Shown one piece after another: positions 7,890 to 16,835 of a stretch of DNA of 64,000 nt (the first letter of the stretch is position 1; the number at the start of each line of letters is the position of its first letter). A program made the translations under genes and the position numbers. Where the stretch lies: IMG/VR virus record IMGVR_UViG_3300037258_001099, positions 32,001 through 96,000 of that record; one strand, written 5' to 3'. Source of the DNA: a virus. The notes under the pieces are model-generated. The model was not told the DNA's origin. It saw only the letters and a list, made by a program, of their open reading frames with translations, and did no database searches.

Positions 7890-9215
7890 ATGAAAACGAT
7901 AATTTCTGCAAAGCTCAAACTGAATACAACTCCAGAACAGTTTGCACAACTGCGCACGACTCAACTGGCATATCGTGACTCTCTCAATTTTGTGAGTCAG
8001 TATGCTTTTGAGCATGGCAAAACAAGTAGCAGGATTGCTTTGCATAAAGCCAATTATGGTGAGATACGTACTCGTTTTCACTTGCCTTCTCAAATGGCTT
8101 GCAGTGTTTTTATACAGGTAGGTGCGACCTATAAAGGTCTCTGGACCAAGGTCAAGAAGAATGCAGCAGACCGCAAATCTGGTCGAACCAAGAAACGCTA
8201 CAAGGGACTTGATCAAGCTCCTAAGTACGTTTCTCCTACCTTGACCTACCAACACGGCAAGGATTACAGTTTCAAGACAGACAACCACGTTAGCGTCTTG
8301 ACCTTGGAAGGGCGCGTGGTTGTTCCCTATACGGGTTATAACCAGCATGTTTCCTTGATTCAAAAGGGAGCTGAGATCGGAGCTGCCAAGCTCTGGTACG
8401 ACAAACCCAAGAAGCAATTCTATTTGCTGGTGAGTCTTGAGATTGAGATAGCCGACCCAACACCAGAAACCCATAAAGGGATAGCGGGTGTGGATGTGGG
8501 CGTTCGCTACTTGGCAGTATCCAGCAACACACGAGGGGAATGTTCTTTCCACACAGGGAAGAGTGTTGTCCCCAAAGCGAACCATTATGCGAGACTGAGA
8601 AAGCGTCTGCAACGAAAAGGCACTCGCTCTGCTACCCGCCGTTTGGTGGTGATTAGCGGACGAGAGAGACGGTTGAAAGCTGACGCCAATCATGTAGTCT
8701 CCAAACGCATTGTGACCCGATATCCAAACAGCCTGATCGGCTTGGAGCAATTGACAGATATCCGAGAACGAACCCCACGCAAGCATGGCAAGAAGGCTAG
8801 CAGGAAGCAGAGGCGTGCTAACGCTACTTATTCCAAATGGTCGTTTGCTGAGTTGCAGAGCATGATAGCCTATAAAGCTCTCATAGCTGGGAGCATGGCT
8901 ATCAAGGTGGATGCCAACTACACCAGCAAAGCTTGTCCCGTGTGTGGGCATACCTGTGGTGCTAATCGTCCCAACAAGGGCCTGCTGTTTATCTGTCAGA
9001 ATTGTCACTACACGCTCCATGCTGATCTAGTTGGTGCTAGGAATATCGCAATGCGAACGTTGCTCGTCCGGCAGGACTGGTCGAGTACGGGTACTTTGTC
9101 AGAGTGCCCTGATGTGTCGAGCGTTGAAGCCAAAGCAGCACGTCTTTCGAGATATGCTGAGTTGCGGTGGAGCTTAGACACAAGCTCATCCCCTTCTAGG
9201 GGATTGAGTTTCTGA
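7890..9215 (+). CDS. tnpB: TnpB RNA-guided endonuclease
   Basis: RuvC-I GVDVG, RuvC-II IGLEQL, Zn finger CPVCG...CQNC, RuvC-III HADLVGARNI; N-terminal KLKLNTTPEQ. Confidence 0.95.
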   Translation: MKTIISAKLKLNTTPEQFAQLRTTQLAYRDSLNFVSQYAFEHGKTSSRIALHKANYGEIRTRFHLPSQMACSVFIQVGATYKGLWTKVKKNAADRKSGRTKKRYKGLDQAPKYVSPTLTYQHGKDYSFKTDNHVSVLTLEGRVVVPYTGYNQHVSLIQKGAEIGAAKLWYDKPKKQFYLLVSLEIEIADPTPETHKGIAGVDVGVRYLAVSSNTRGECSFHTGKSVVPKANHYARLRKRLQRKGTRSATRRLVVISGRERRLKADANHVVSKRIVTRYPNSLIGLEQLTDIRERTPRKHGKKASRKQRRANATYSKWSFAELQSMIAYKALIAGSMAIKVDANYTSKACPVCGHTCGANRPNKGLLFICQNCHYTLHADLVGARNIAMRTLLVRQDWSSTGTLSECPDVSSVEAKAARLSRYAELRWSLDTSSSPSRGLSF

Positions 9216-9216
9216 C

Positions 9217-9847
9217 ATAATTTAGTATAGTGGTCAAATTTCTTTGCTCTCTGCCGCATACTAGAAGCTCTTGCACGCATCCTTGGTATCTCTCGTGTCC
9301 TGTATTCGCCCATACGTTTATTTATCTGCTCTCTATGCTTTTTTGCATAGGAGGTCGCCTGTGCTACCGCTTTCCTTGGATCTTTGTGGTACCTTCTTTT
9401 ACCACTTTCTTTATGGCAGGTTAGGCACTGTTTTCGTCCTCTTTTGTCCTTCTTTAGATTTCCTTCAACTAATGGATGACCTTTTGCGCAGCAATCTTTC
9501 TTTATCCTTTCCTTTACACCTTTTTGTCTTTGTCGTTTTGTTTCTTGCTCTCTGTGACAGGTTAGGCATCTATTGTGTCCATAATGTTTTCCTAAATTAC
9601 CCTCAGCTAGAGGATGTCCCTTGAGGCAGTGTGTTGATTTTTCTTTTGGTGGTTTCTCTCTGCGTTTCTTGGCTTTATGGGCGGATGATTTAGCTGAGTT
9701 GCATGCTTTACAAATGTTGTTAAGCCCATCCCTTGATCTCGCATTTTTATGGAAGTACTCAGCAGTAGCAGGATGCCATTGGTCTTCTTCAGGACAAGTG
9801 TGGCAATGTTTGAGCGGAGTAGTATTTTGGGGTATACTATTTTTCAC
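9217..9847 (-). pseudogene. HNH-endonuclease-family gene (zinc-binding repeats) interrupted by the TnpB element
   Basis: KHCHTC...FHKNARSRDGLNNICKAC plus two C-x-KGHP...CLTCH repeats; N-terminus parallels the HNH gene at 33978; ORF runs into the IS right end. Confidence 0.7.
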
Positions 9848-9957
9848 GGTACGTCTCCTCTAAGTTTCGTATCGTCACGCCAGGGGTAGTTGACGCTACG
9901 CCCTGGCAACACAGTATTTATGGTGTTATTATATCATAAATAAGCTCGATAAGCAAC

Positions 9958-10728
9958 TTATGATACTAATTTGATAGTCCAGAAGTCACTTGATAAATAA
10001 GGATTTACAAGCATCTGAAAGGGTATATAGAGATATCCTTTGTCACCAAATGATGTTCCCCACGAGTTTCTCACGATAAACCATTGATTGGATGTATTGT
10101 ATCCGACCACTGTCATACAATGCCCTCCGAGCACCTGCTCTCCCCACTGAGGCATCGGAACAATACCAGTTTGCTCTACTTGCTGACTCTCAAAGCTTTC
10201 ATAGACGGTCACACCAAAGACAAATGGACTTTCAGAGGCAAGACATCCGAGCATTTGAATGAGGCTCAGGTTATTGATGCGTTGATACTGGACTGCCTTT
10301 GTGAGAAGAGCATCAGTGTAAGCCTGTTCTGGCGGCTTTACGGTAAACTGGCTAATATCGTAGGGCCAATCAGTCTCAGAGCACGCGCCCTGGCTGTTTA
10401 CACTCCGAATGCCGTCACGAATAGCCGCTCCACTATCACTACTAACGGTCCCTTCCTCGGCTCTTTCATTGTAGTAGATAAAGAGTCGGGAAGGCGCAAA
10501 AGCAGTGATCTTTTGCTTCATCTGGTCAAATTCGATGGCTCCCGCAATAGCATTGGCTGTACAGCTTCCAAGTTGCCCCTGGTCAACGACAGGTGGGCAG
10601 TAGGGACGTAGATCAATACTTGGCGGGAGTACTGTCATACCCACCAGAGGTGCGCTGTAGAGGTGATCATGCCAATCAGGACGATCGGGAACCCAACCTT
10701 TTGCGTATTTACCTTTTGACATACTCAT
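9958..10728 (-). CDS. Papain-like C1 family cysteine peptidase
   Basis: DQGQLGSCTANA (Gln/Cys), GGHCMTVVGY (His), RNSWG (Asn), SRLFIYYNER. Confidence 0.95.
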   Translation of the reverse strand: MSMSKGKYAKGWVPDRPDWHDHLYSAPLVGMTVLPPSIDLRPYCPPVVDQGQLGSCTANAIAGAIEFDQMKQKITAFAPSRLFIYYNERAEEGTVSSDSGAAIRDGIRSVNSQGACSETDWPYDISQFTVKPPEQAYTDALLTKAVQYQRINNLSLIQMLGCLASESPFVFGVTVYESFESQQVEQTGIVPMPQWGEQVLGGHCMTVVGYNTSNQWFIVRNSWGTSFGDKGYLYIPFQMLVNPYLSSDFWTIKLVS

Positions 10729-10736
10729 TTCTCCTT

Positions 10737-10994
10737 CTATTCTCCAAAGATATCATCAATTGCTTTGGTGATATCTGCTTCGCTTGTAAGTGTGTTGTAG
10801 TAGTCCATGTCTGGGACATAAACGTATCCATCAGGCCCAAGACAATATCCCCATCGTTTAAGCGGTGAGTCGTAGATGGCCTGCATGGTTCGACCAGACT
10901 CTGGGTCAATAGCGATCGTTGCTCTCTGTGCGTGATGCCAAAGCTCAAATTTGCGCTGTTCCTCATACACATTGAGCTTCTTTGCTCTAAACAT
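10737..10994 (-). CDS. Hypothetical protein
   Basis: Coupled between thyX and the peptidase gene. Confidence 0.6.
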   Translation of the reverse strand: MFRAKKLNVYEEQRKFELWHHAQRATIAIDPESGRTMQAIYDSPLKRWGYCLGPDGYVYVPDMDYYNTLTSEADITKAIDDIFGE

Positions 10995-11919
10995 GCCTAT
11001 GCTCGCTATGTGCTATATAGCTCTCGTCATCAAGTTGTTCTATTGTGTAGTCTGCAAACTCCAGTGGGCAGATTTGCTTGAGGCAAAGTAGAAGCCGCAC
11101 AGCGATATTTCTAATCTCAGGGTCAACATACTTTGTTGCTCGAAGATCAATGATATGCCGCCAGTGACGAATGTTGGCCGTCCCATAGAGGGCTGTCTCA
11201 GTGTCATTGGGGAGCATAGATCTCGCCGCCTCATGGATCTTCTTGCGTAGGTCTGTCCCAGTTTCCCCTTGCAGCATCGGGTGTTCGAGTTGCTGTTCTG
11301 AGCGTAACTGTGCGCAAAGCGAGCTATACTCTTTCTTGGTACGATCAATATGTTTGATGAAGAGCTCGTGGAGCACTGGGTTTGCGGCAAATTCAGGTCG
11401 CTCTACAAAGCGCAAGAGATCTTCCCCCACGTATCGCTGAGAGATCTGGGAGACCGAGAGAAAGCGGTGACGTGCAACAAGTTCATGGGAAAGACTACGG
11501 GATACTCCGTAGAGCCAGAAACCAAAATAGACATGCTCTAGGACTGACCCATGGCCGCTCTCGATCAGCTTGGTAACATATTTCTTTGCGTCTTTGCGCA
11601 TGGTTCGCTTTGGTCCCCAGGAGCCGTAGCAGCCTTGTCCTGCAAACTGTATGATACGACTACTCTGTGGAATAGGTGAGCCATCTTCAAAAAAAGGAAG
11701 ATGACAGCAGTAGTCTTTAAAGAGTAGTTTCTCATCAAAACCTGCAAAGTAGTCCTCCATGCCGTCTTCAATGAAAATCATTGTTCCTTTGAGAACAATG
11801 CCAGGCTGGGTAAGATACCGTGTACCAGCCTCGCTTTTATAGACAGGGGCATGCATCGTAATGGTGTAACGATCATCCCCACCAAGATCGTAGAAAAGTC
11901 TTTCGTTCACTTTCTCCAC
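10987..11919 (-). CDS. thyX: FAD-dependent thymidylate synthase
   Basis: GHGSVLEH, GVSRSLSHELVARHRFLSVSQISQRY (RHRx7S), ARSMLPN, NIRHWRHIIDLR, PEIR. Confidence 0.95.
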   Translation of the reverse strand: MEKVNERLFYDLGGDDRYTITMHAPVYKSEAGTRYLTQPGIVLKGTMIFIEDGMEDYFAGFDEKLLFKDYCCHLPFFEDGSPIPQSSRIIQFAGQGCYGSWGPKRTMRKDAKKYVTKLIESGHGSVLEHVYFGFWLYGVSRSLSHELVARHRFLSVSQISQRYVGEDLLRFVERPEFAANPVLHELFIKHIDRTKKEYSSLCAQLRSEQQLEHPMLQGETGTDLRKKIHEAARSMLPNDTETALYGTANIRHWRHIIDLRATKYVDPEIRNIAVRLLLCLKQICPLEFADYTIEQLDDESYIAHSEHRHV

Positions 11920-12200
11920 TCACTCCAGCTCTTGGTACGTATATCAAGTTTCTTCCAGGGAGCGCCATCTCTGCGCACATGAAAGAAATAGAGAATTGTT
12001 GGATCTTTCTTCGCGTTGTAGATGGTAATCATAGGATTTTCCCGCTCGTCTATCTGAACGCAGTGCTCTGCCATGATGAGTTCTAGTCGATCGAGCTGTT
12101 GCATATAGGCTCTTTTTGTCTCCCACATGCGGCGTGTGTCGGCTATTCCGCACCTGGCTGAGACCTCGATATAGTCTTCTACAAGCTGGCAGATATCCAT
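11907..12200 (-). CDS. Hypothetical protein
   Basis: GGAGAG RBS before MDICQL; overlaps thyX start. Confidence 0.55.
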   Translation of the reverse strand: MDICQLVEDYIEVSARCGIADTRRMWETKRAYMQQLDRLELIMAEHCVQIDERENPMITIYNAKKDPTILYFFHVRRDGAPWKKLDIRTKSWSEWRK

Positions 12201-12295
12201 TACTTCTTCTCTCCAAGCACGACTATACATCCTTTGGCAAATTTGGCCTGATAGCTGTGCTCTCTGCTATGCTGGGAACACAAAGAGGAGGGGTT

Positions 12296-12727
12296 ATGTT
12301 GATCGTTTCTGATCATCTACGATGCCATGAGACCATAAAAGATTGGGTAAACAAGCTTATAAGCCAGCATAGGGAGACTATTGGTCTCGAATCTCGCTGG
12401 ATTATTGACGTTTCTGTCCTTTGTGCGCATGAAACGACAGATCAGTCAGCAGGGCTCATCGAGTGGATACCTGATACCTATCAGGCCAAGCTTTCCATAC
12501 GCTGCGACCTTCCGTATGGACTGGTGCGCTGGGAAACGATTCATGAGTTACAAGAACTGGCCTGGTATCGCAGCGGTACTGCCGTTTCTCATTTTGTCAG
12601 TAATTGTCAGGAGCATTGTCTTGGTGAGCTTGCAGCCCTCTTTATGCGCCAGTATAGAGTTGCGCGTAACCAGGAGGTAGAGCAAGCCATCGAACGCTAT
12701 CTTGGTGAGAGGAGACCACAACTATGA
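12296..12727 (+). CDS. Hypothetical protein, possible degenerate zincin-like fold
   Basis: GAGGAGG RBS; ETIHELQEL (HExxE rather than HExxH). Confidence 0.55.
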   Translation: MLIVSDHLRCHETIKDWVNKLISQHRETIGLESRWIIDVSVLCAHETTDQSAGLIEWIPDTYQAKLSIRCDLPYGLVRWETIHELQELAWYRSGTAVSHFVSNCQEHCLGELAALFMRQYRVARNQEVEQAIERYLGERRPQL

Positions 12728-13014
12728 GTGAGCCAGAAGTAGTAGAAGTCCAGCCCTACTTTGAAAAAGATGGAGCAGTGGTCTTTGGTCCAACAATTAA
12801 GGCCCTTCCCTATACCCACGTGGGCTTTCTCACTGATTACCACACAAAGTCACTTCTCATCATGATGCATAATCAGTCGATCCTGGAAGCGCCCTCAGAA
12901 GAAAAAGTGCCTGCGGTCTATCTCCACGAAAAAGATCTTGCCAGGCTTATCCTGAGCCTTCAGCAGGCACTGGGTATACTGCGCAGCCTTCCTGAAAGCG
13001 AGCCGGATGCGTAA
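12724..13014 (+). CDS. Hypothetical protein
   Basis: AGGAG RBS; overlaps terminase start. Confidence 0.6.
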   Translation: MSEPEVVEVQPYFEKDGAVVFGPTIKALPYTHVGFLTDYHTKSLLIMMHNQSILEAPSEEKVPAVYLHEKDLARLILSLQQALGILRSLPESEPDA

Positions 13015-14614
13015 GTACGACAAACCGACCCAGTTTGCCCTCTCCGCCCTTGATCGTGAAATCCTTACCTACGGCCAGTATGATATTGATCTGTGGGCTC
13101 GCGGCTACTTCGGTCGCGGTCTCTTTCCATGGCAGCAATACTTCTACCATGCACCACAAAAAGATAAAATGTGTGTGGCAAGTATTAGAGTTGGTAAATC
13201 TTTCCTTGCCTCTAATGGCGGCCTCCATAAGATGCAGTTCAATCCTGGAGCAAGATTTTTAAATACCTCTATTTCCTCCGAGCAGGCCAAAATCGTCTAT
13301 AATCATTGCCTTGAGATGTGCAATGCCCCTAACTTCCAGCACTGGGTCGAACACGTGCAAAGCAGTCCGTATCCTCTCATTAGACTAGTAAACGGGAGTG
13401 AACTATGGTTTCGTTCAATTGGATACGAAGCAGAATTGATCAGGGGCTTTGAGTTCGATGTCATAAATGTGGACGAAGCAGCATATATCGTGCGTGAAAT
13501 GGCAATTAAGACATTACGGGGCCGCCTGCTTGGTATTAACCCGATCACGAACATGCCGCGTCTACGTGAGATCTGGTTTATTAGCTCGCCAAAAGGTGGG
13601 GGATGGCTCTTTGAGCGGTGGAAAAAAGGTGACCCTAAATATCCTAACGCCGATCCGTCCAAATATCTCTCGCTACGTGCCACGATCTGGCAAAATCCGC
13701 TGCTTGATCCAGAGGCCATCGCTGACATCATGGCCGACTATACCGAAGATATGATCCAGCAGGAGCTCTTTGGTGAGTTCTTAATCGATACAGGTTCGCT
13801 CTTCCCCTATGAGGCGGTGCTTTCCTGCTGCGATGAGGATAAGCGCGAGGTGCGATGGCTCTACGAACAGATTAAAGCCTGGAAAGAGAAGAACCAGACA
13901 AGAACGTACCGAAGTGACGCAGGATTATCTGAGGATATATCCCACTATGAATGTGATCCACAACCAGGCCACCAGTACATATCAAGCTGGGACTTGGGCA
14001 AGAAGCCGACGCGCAAGGGACGCAATGCCATGGTCGGTATGGTCTACGACGTGACTCATGAGCCATGGGTGCAAGCTGGCTTCTTCTACCGAGAAGGTAT
14101 GGGATATACCGATGTGAAGCCACTGATAGAGCAGTGGAGCGAGAAATATGGGGCGGAACGACTTGGTTGCCGCTGCAAAACAGTGATGGATAGCACTGGC
14201 AAAGGTGATGTTCTTGAGGAGTTCATGGTGCGTGAGCACTCTGTGGACAGCCTGGAGGGCTATGTTTACAGCGCATCCAATAAGCCGAACCTCATACATG
14301 CGGGAAAACTTGCCATAGAGCGTGGTCAGACTGTCTTTCCATTCATCAAACGTCAGGTAGACGAGCTTACCAATTATGTTGCCGATGATAAGGACATTGC
14401 GCAGGATATCGTAATGTGCTATTGCCAAGCCATGTATGCGGCACGCGAGATGATGCGCCTCTCGCCCAAAGACAATAGCCTCCAGCGCAAGCTCAATGCC
14501 ATGCCACAGTATCATAGCCGCCTCTGGACAGCCAAGATGAATCCTCGCTATATCCAAAGTCGTATGGGCAGTCGAGTTGCCAGGACCTCTAGAATGAAAC
14601 TCACGAGGAGGTAA
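13007..14614 (+). CDS. terL: Terminase large subunit
   Basis: PWQ Q-motif, ASIRVGKS Walker A, VDEAAY Walker B, ISSPKG motif III, SWDLGK and MDSTGKG nuclease motifs, QDIVMC. Confidence 0.9.
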   Translation: MRKYDKPTQFALSALDREILTYGQYDIDLWARGYFGRGLFPWQQYFYHAPQKDKMCVASIRVGKSFLASNGGLHKMQFNPGARFLNTSISSEQAKIVYNHCLEMCNAPNFQHWVEHVQSSPYPLIRLVNGSELWFRSIGYEAELIRGFEFDVINVDEAAYIVREMAIKTLRGRLLGINPITNMPRLREIWFISSPKGGGWLFERWKKGDPKYPNADPSKYLSLRATIWQNPLLDPEAIADIMADYTEDMIQQELFGEFLIDTGSLFPYEAVLSCCDEDKREVRWLYEQIKAWKEKNQTRTYRSDAGLSEDISHYECDPQPGHQYISSWDLGKKPTRKGRNAMVGMVYDVTHEPWVQAGFFYREGMGYTDVKPLIEQWSEKYGAERLGCRCKTVMDSTGKGDVLEEFMVREHSVDSLEGYVYSASNKPNLIHAGKLAIERGQTVFPFIKRQVDELTNYVADDKDIAQDIVMCYCQAMYAAREMMRLSPKDNSLQRKLNAMPQYHSRLWTAKMNPRYIQSRMGSRVARTSRMKLTRR

Positions 14615-14616
14615 GT

Positions 14617-15312
14617 ATGGACAACGAAAATTTTTTTTATAGAGAGACAGCACATGCTTATGGTGGCCCTGAAGAGTTCAAGAAATATCTTGAAGGGGGC
14701 TGGGATGGTTTTGATAAGCGCCCCTATCCAGAGCTTGCCTTAGACGAGCCTGGTAGCCCACTTTCTGACAAGCGTATTAAGCGTGCCATGCAAGCAGGGC
14801 ATATCATTATTGAACCATTTAACGCGAAGTATCTTGGCCCCAACTCCTATGATGTGCGGCTTGGGAGCTACTACTATCGCGGTAGGGATCAGATACTTGC
14901 TGTTCACCTCAATAATGAAGAGGATGTTAAAGCTTATTGGAATGGCCCCCTTTGCGCCCATAAGGAAATCGAAATCCACCCTGGAACCACGATTTTAGCT
15001 CATACTATTGAGAGAATAGGTGGGCAGAATGGCTATGTTGCGCAAATGCATAGCAAATCAACAATTGCTCGCTGTGGACTTTCTGTGTGTCGTTGTGCTG
15101 GAGTGGGCGATGTTGGGTACATTAACCGTTGGACCATGGAGATTCTAAACGGAACAAAGATTCCCATCTGGGTGCCAGTCGGTGCGAAAATTGCGCAATT
15201 TTCTTTTCACTATGCTGGAGAGACAGATAAAGAGTATCACGGACATTATGGTCAGGACGACTGGCAGCCCTCTGATATGCTACCTAATATAGATAGTATT
15301 AGTTCACAGTAA
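14617..15312 (+). CDS. dcd: dCTP deaminase
   Basis: LSDKRI, LGPNSYDVRLG, KSTIARCGL, GDVGY, TMEI, GAKIAQFSF. Confidence 0.9.
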   Translation: MDNENFFYRETAHAYGGPEEFKKYLEGGWDGFDKRPYPELALDEPGSPLSDKRIKRAMQAGHIIIEPFNAKYLGPNSYDVRLGSYYYRGRDQILAVHLNNEEDVKAYWNGPLCAHKEIEIHPGTTILAHTIERIGGQNGYVAQMHSKSTIARCGLSVCRCAGVGDVGYINRWTMEILNGTKIPIWVPVGAKIAQFSFHYAGETDKEYHGHYGQDDWQPSDMLPNIDSISSQ

Positions 15313-15565
15313 TCTTCCCCCTTCTGCCCACTCATGTAATAGTTTGCTATGCTTTCTGAGATTGCATGATGGGCATGCAATTACTATGTTATCAATATTA
15401 TTGCTTCCTCCACGGGATATGGGGAGGATATGATCTATGTGGTATGAATATCTACCATTATCATCTACAATTTTCTTTTGGCAGTAATAGCATTGGCTTT
15501 TTTGGCGCAATATTTGTTGTTGTATGTCTTTATGCGTATAAGAACCATTTGATCCCCTCTTTATA
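15304..15565 (-). pseudogene. HNH endonuclease domain, 5' end disrupted by a MITE
   Basis: CYYCQK...YHIDHILPISRGGSNNIDNIVIACPSCNLRK; ends EGGRLL like the HNH at 33978-34901. Confidence 0.8.
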
Positions 15566-15753
15566 GGCCTGATATGCGCAAGCGTGACATGAAGTGCAGA
15601 TGAGCTGCTTGCTTGTTTCCGAGCTTTGGTGCTGAAGTGGCTATTGAGGCCATATCTGCTCAAATGACTCGCAGCAGAAAAGTCTATGAGGCCAAATGTC
15701 CCCAATGAAATTGATCACTCTGCACTTGGTGACAGCTTCGCGCATATCAGGCC
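15566..15753. mobile_element. 188-bp MITE with terminal inverted repeats and TA target duplication
   Basis: Left GGCCTGATATGCGCAAGCGTGACATGAAGTGCAGA versus right reverse complement GGCCTGATATGCGCGAAGCTGTCACCAAGTGCAGA; TA on both flanks; no transposase. Confidence 0.8.
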
Positions 15754-15793
15754 TATATGCGAGGCGGCCATGATCTCGCATATGAGGAACTCA

Positions 15794-16132
15794 TTATTCG
15801 GAAAGGTATGCAAGACCTGGGACAATCTTCGAGCTAATCACGGCTGAAACATAACTACTTGCATCCGAACTTGCTGGATGCACATGGAGCGTGACTGACT
15901 TTGCCGAGGCCTCGATACAATACTCTTTTGGTTCTTCTCTTTGTGGAGGAGTAAAGCATGTTGTATGGAAGTGATACTGCGTTTTGGCGATGATAAAGAG
16001 CAGGTCCTTCTTGTCTCCATCAGGAAAATTGACGGCGATAGAGAGATAGTCACTTGGCCGTGGGACAAGGTTCTCTTTTGCAGTGAGTTCAGCCAGCTTA
16101 TAGTATTTATCGTAGAGCAGATGGATCTTCAT
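15794..16132 (-). CDS. Hypothetical protein
   Basis: 112-aa ORF coupled to upstream gene (TAATG). Confidence 0.6.
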   Translation of the reverse strand: MKIHLLYDKYYKLAELTAKENLVPRPSDYLSIAVNFPDGDKKDLLFIIAKTQYHFHTTCFTPPQREEPKEYCIEASAKSVTLHVHPASSDASSYVSAVISSKIVPGLAYLSE

Positions 16133-16491
16133 TAGGGCTTCCAGTTCTTCATAGTCTCCGCCGCCACTTTTACATCATACTCAATACCGTAATCGGTAGC
16201 TCTCAGTCCTGGAAAACTTGTCTCCAGCGCTTTTGAGAGCAGGCCTGCTTCAGTGGTAAGCGCCTTGAGGAATTCGTCTTCAGTGAAGACTCCCTTTTCT
16301 ATGAGCAGATTAATAATCGCTGATTTCTCTGCTCGTAGCAGAAGTGTCACTTCTCGGTGATCTTTCACCGCTTTGCATTCTGGATCGGTATCAGATCTGG
16401 TGCCTAGCTGCCAGGAAGCAAAAACTTGCCTCCATTTAGTAAGCCTGTTGCAGGCTATTTCACACGCCTGCGCTAGTCTCTGATTAGTCAT
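16132..16491 (-). CDS. Hypothetical phage protein
   Basis: Likely start MTNQRL; NRLTKWRQVFASWQLGTR...DHRE. Confidence 0.65.
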   Translation of the reverse strand: MTNQRLAQACEIACNRLTKWRQVFASWQLGTRSDTDPECKAVKDHREVTLLLRAEKSAIINLLIEKGVFTEDEFLKALTTEAGLLSKALETSFPGLRATDYGIEYDVKVAAETMKNWKP

Positions 16492-16744
16492 CTTCTTTTT
16501 CCTCTCTTGGGCTCCCGCAGCAGGGGCAGACTTCTTGTATATGGGCATAGGCGAGCAAATCAAGCTTCGGCCTGGAAAACTGGACGGTCGCATGGATTAG
16601 TTCATACATATTGCTTGGGTTGATATCGATAAGTACTTTTCGCAGAAACACAATCTCGCGGCCCGTCTCGACTTCAGTCACTTTGGTTTGAAATGCGGGA
16701 CCTTTCCCGTCATGGGTAATGCAAACTTTGACTAAATCTTTCAT
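16484..16744 (-). CDS. Hypothetical protein with C-terminal CPCCG
   Basis: TGC-TATAGT 6 nt before the ATG; coupled to downstream gene. Confidence 0.6.
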   Translation of the reverse strand: MKDLVKVCITHDGKGPAFQTKVTEVETGREIVFLRKVLIDINPSNMYELIHATVQFSRPKLDLLAYAHIQEVCPCCGSPREEKEDD

Positions 16745-16835
16745 GGCCCCACTATAGCAGGGGCGACAAAAAAAATAGCTTGATTACTCTTCCCTCTGCT
16801 ACGCTTTGCCTACCACACACGCAAAGGGAGTATTC

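Larger units (their letters stand above)
7752..9216 (+). mobile_element. IS200/IS605-family (IS1341-type, TnpB-only) insertion element
   Basis: Left-end hairpin CCTATCCTCT-TC-AGGGGATAGG (7771-7792) after TTCAT; right-end hairpin AAGCTCATCCCCTTCTAGGGGATTGAGTTT ending in TGAC at 9216; no tnpA; removal rejoins the minus-strand ORF in frame. Confidence 0.8.

Noticed and set aside
7836-9020. 394-aa minus-strand ORF
   Set aside because: Antisense shadow of tnpB with no recognisable motifs
9008-9216. C-terminal part of the 279-aa ORF 9008-9847
   Set aside because: Read-through into the IS right end, not native sequence
7752-9216. IStron (group I intron plus TnpB) or Cas12/CRISPR locus
   Set aside because: Only 138 nt precede tnpB, the element is antisense to the interrupted gene, and there is no repeat-spacer array or cas gene
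10084-10611. 175-aa plus-strand ORF
   Set aside because: Shadow of the C1 peptidase gene
12296-13014. Terminase small subunit
   Set aside because: Position fits, but neither ORF shows a recognisable TerS HTH/coiled-coil pattern
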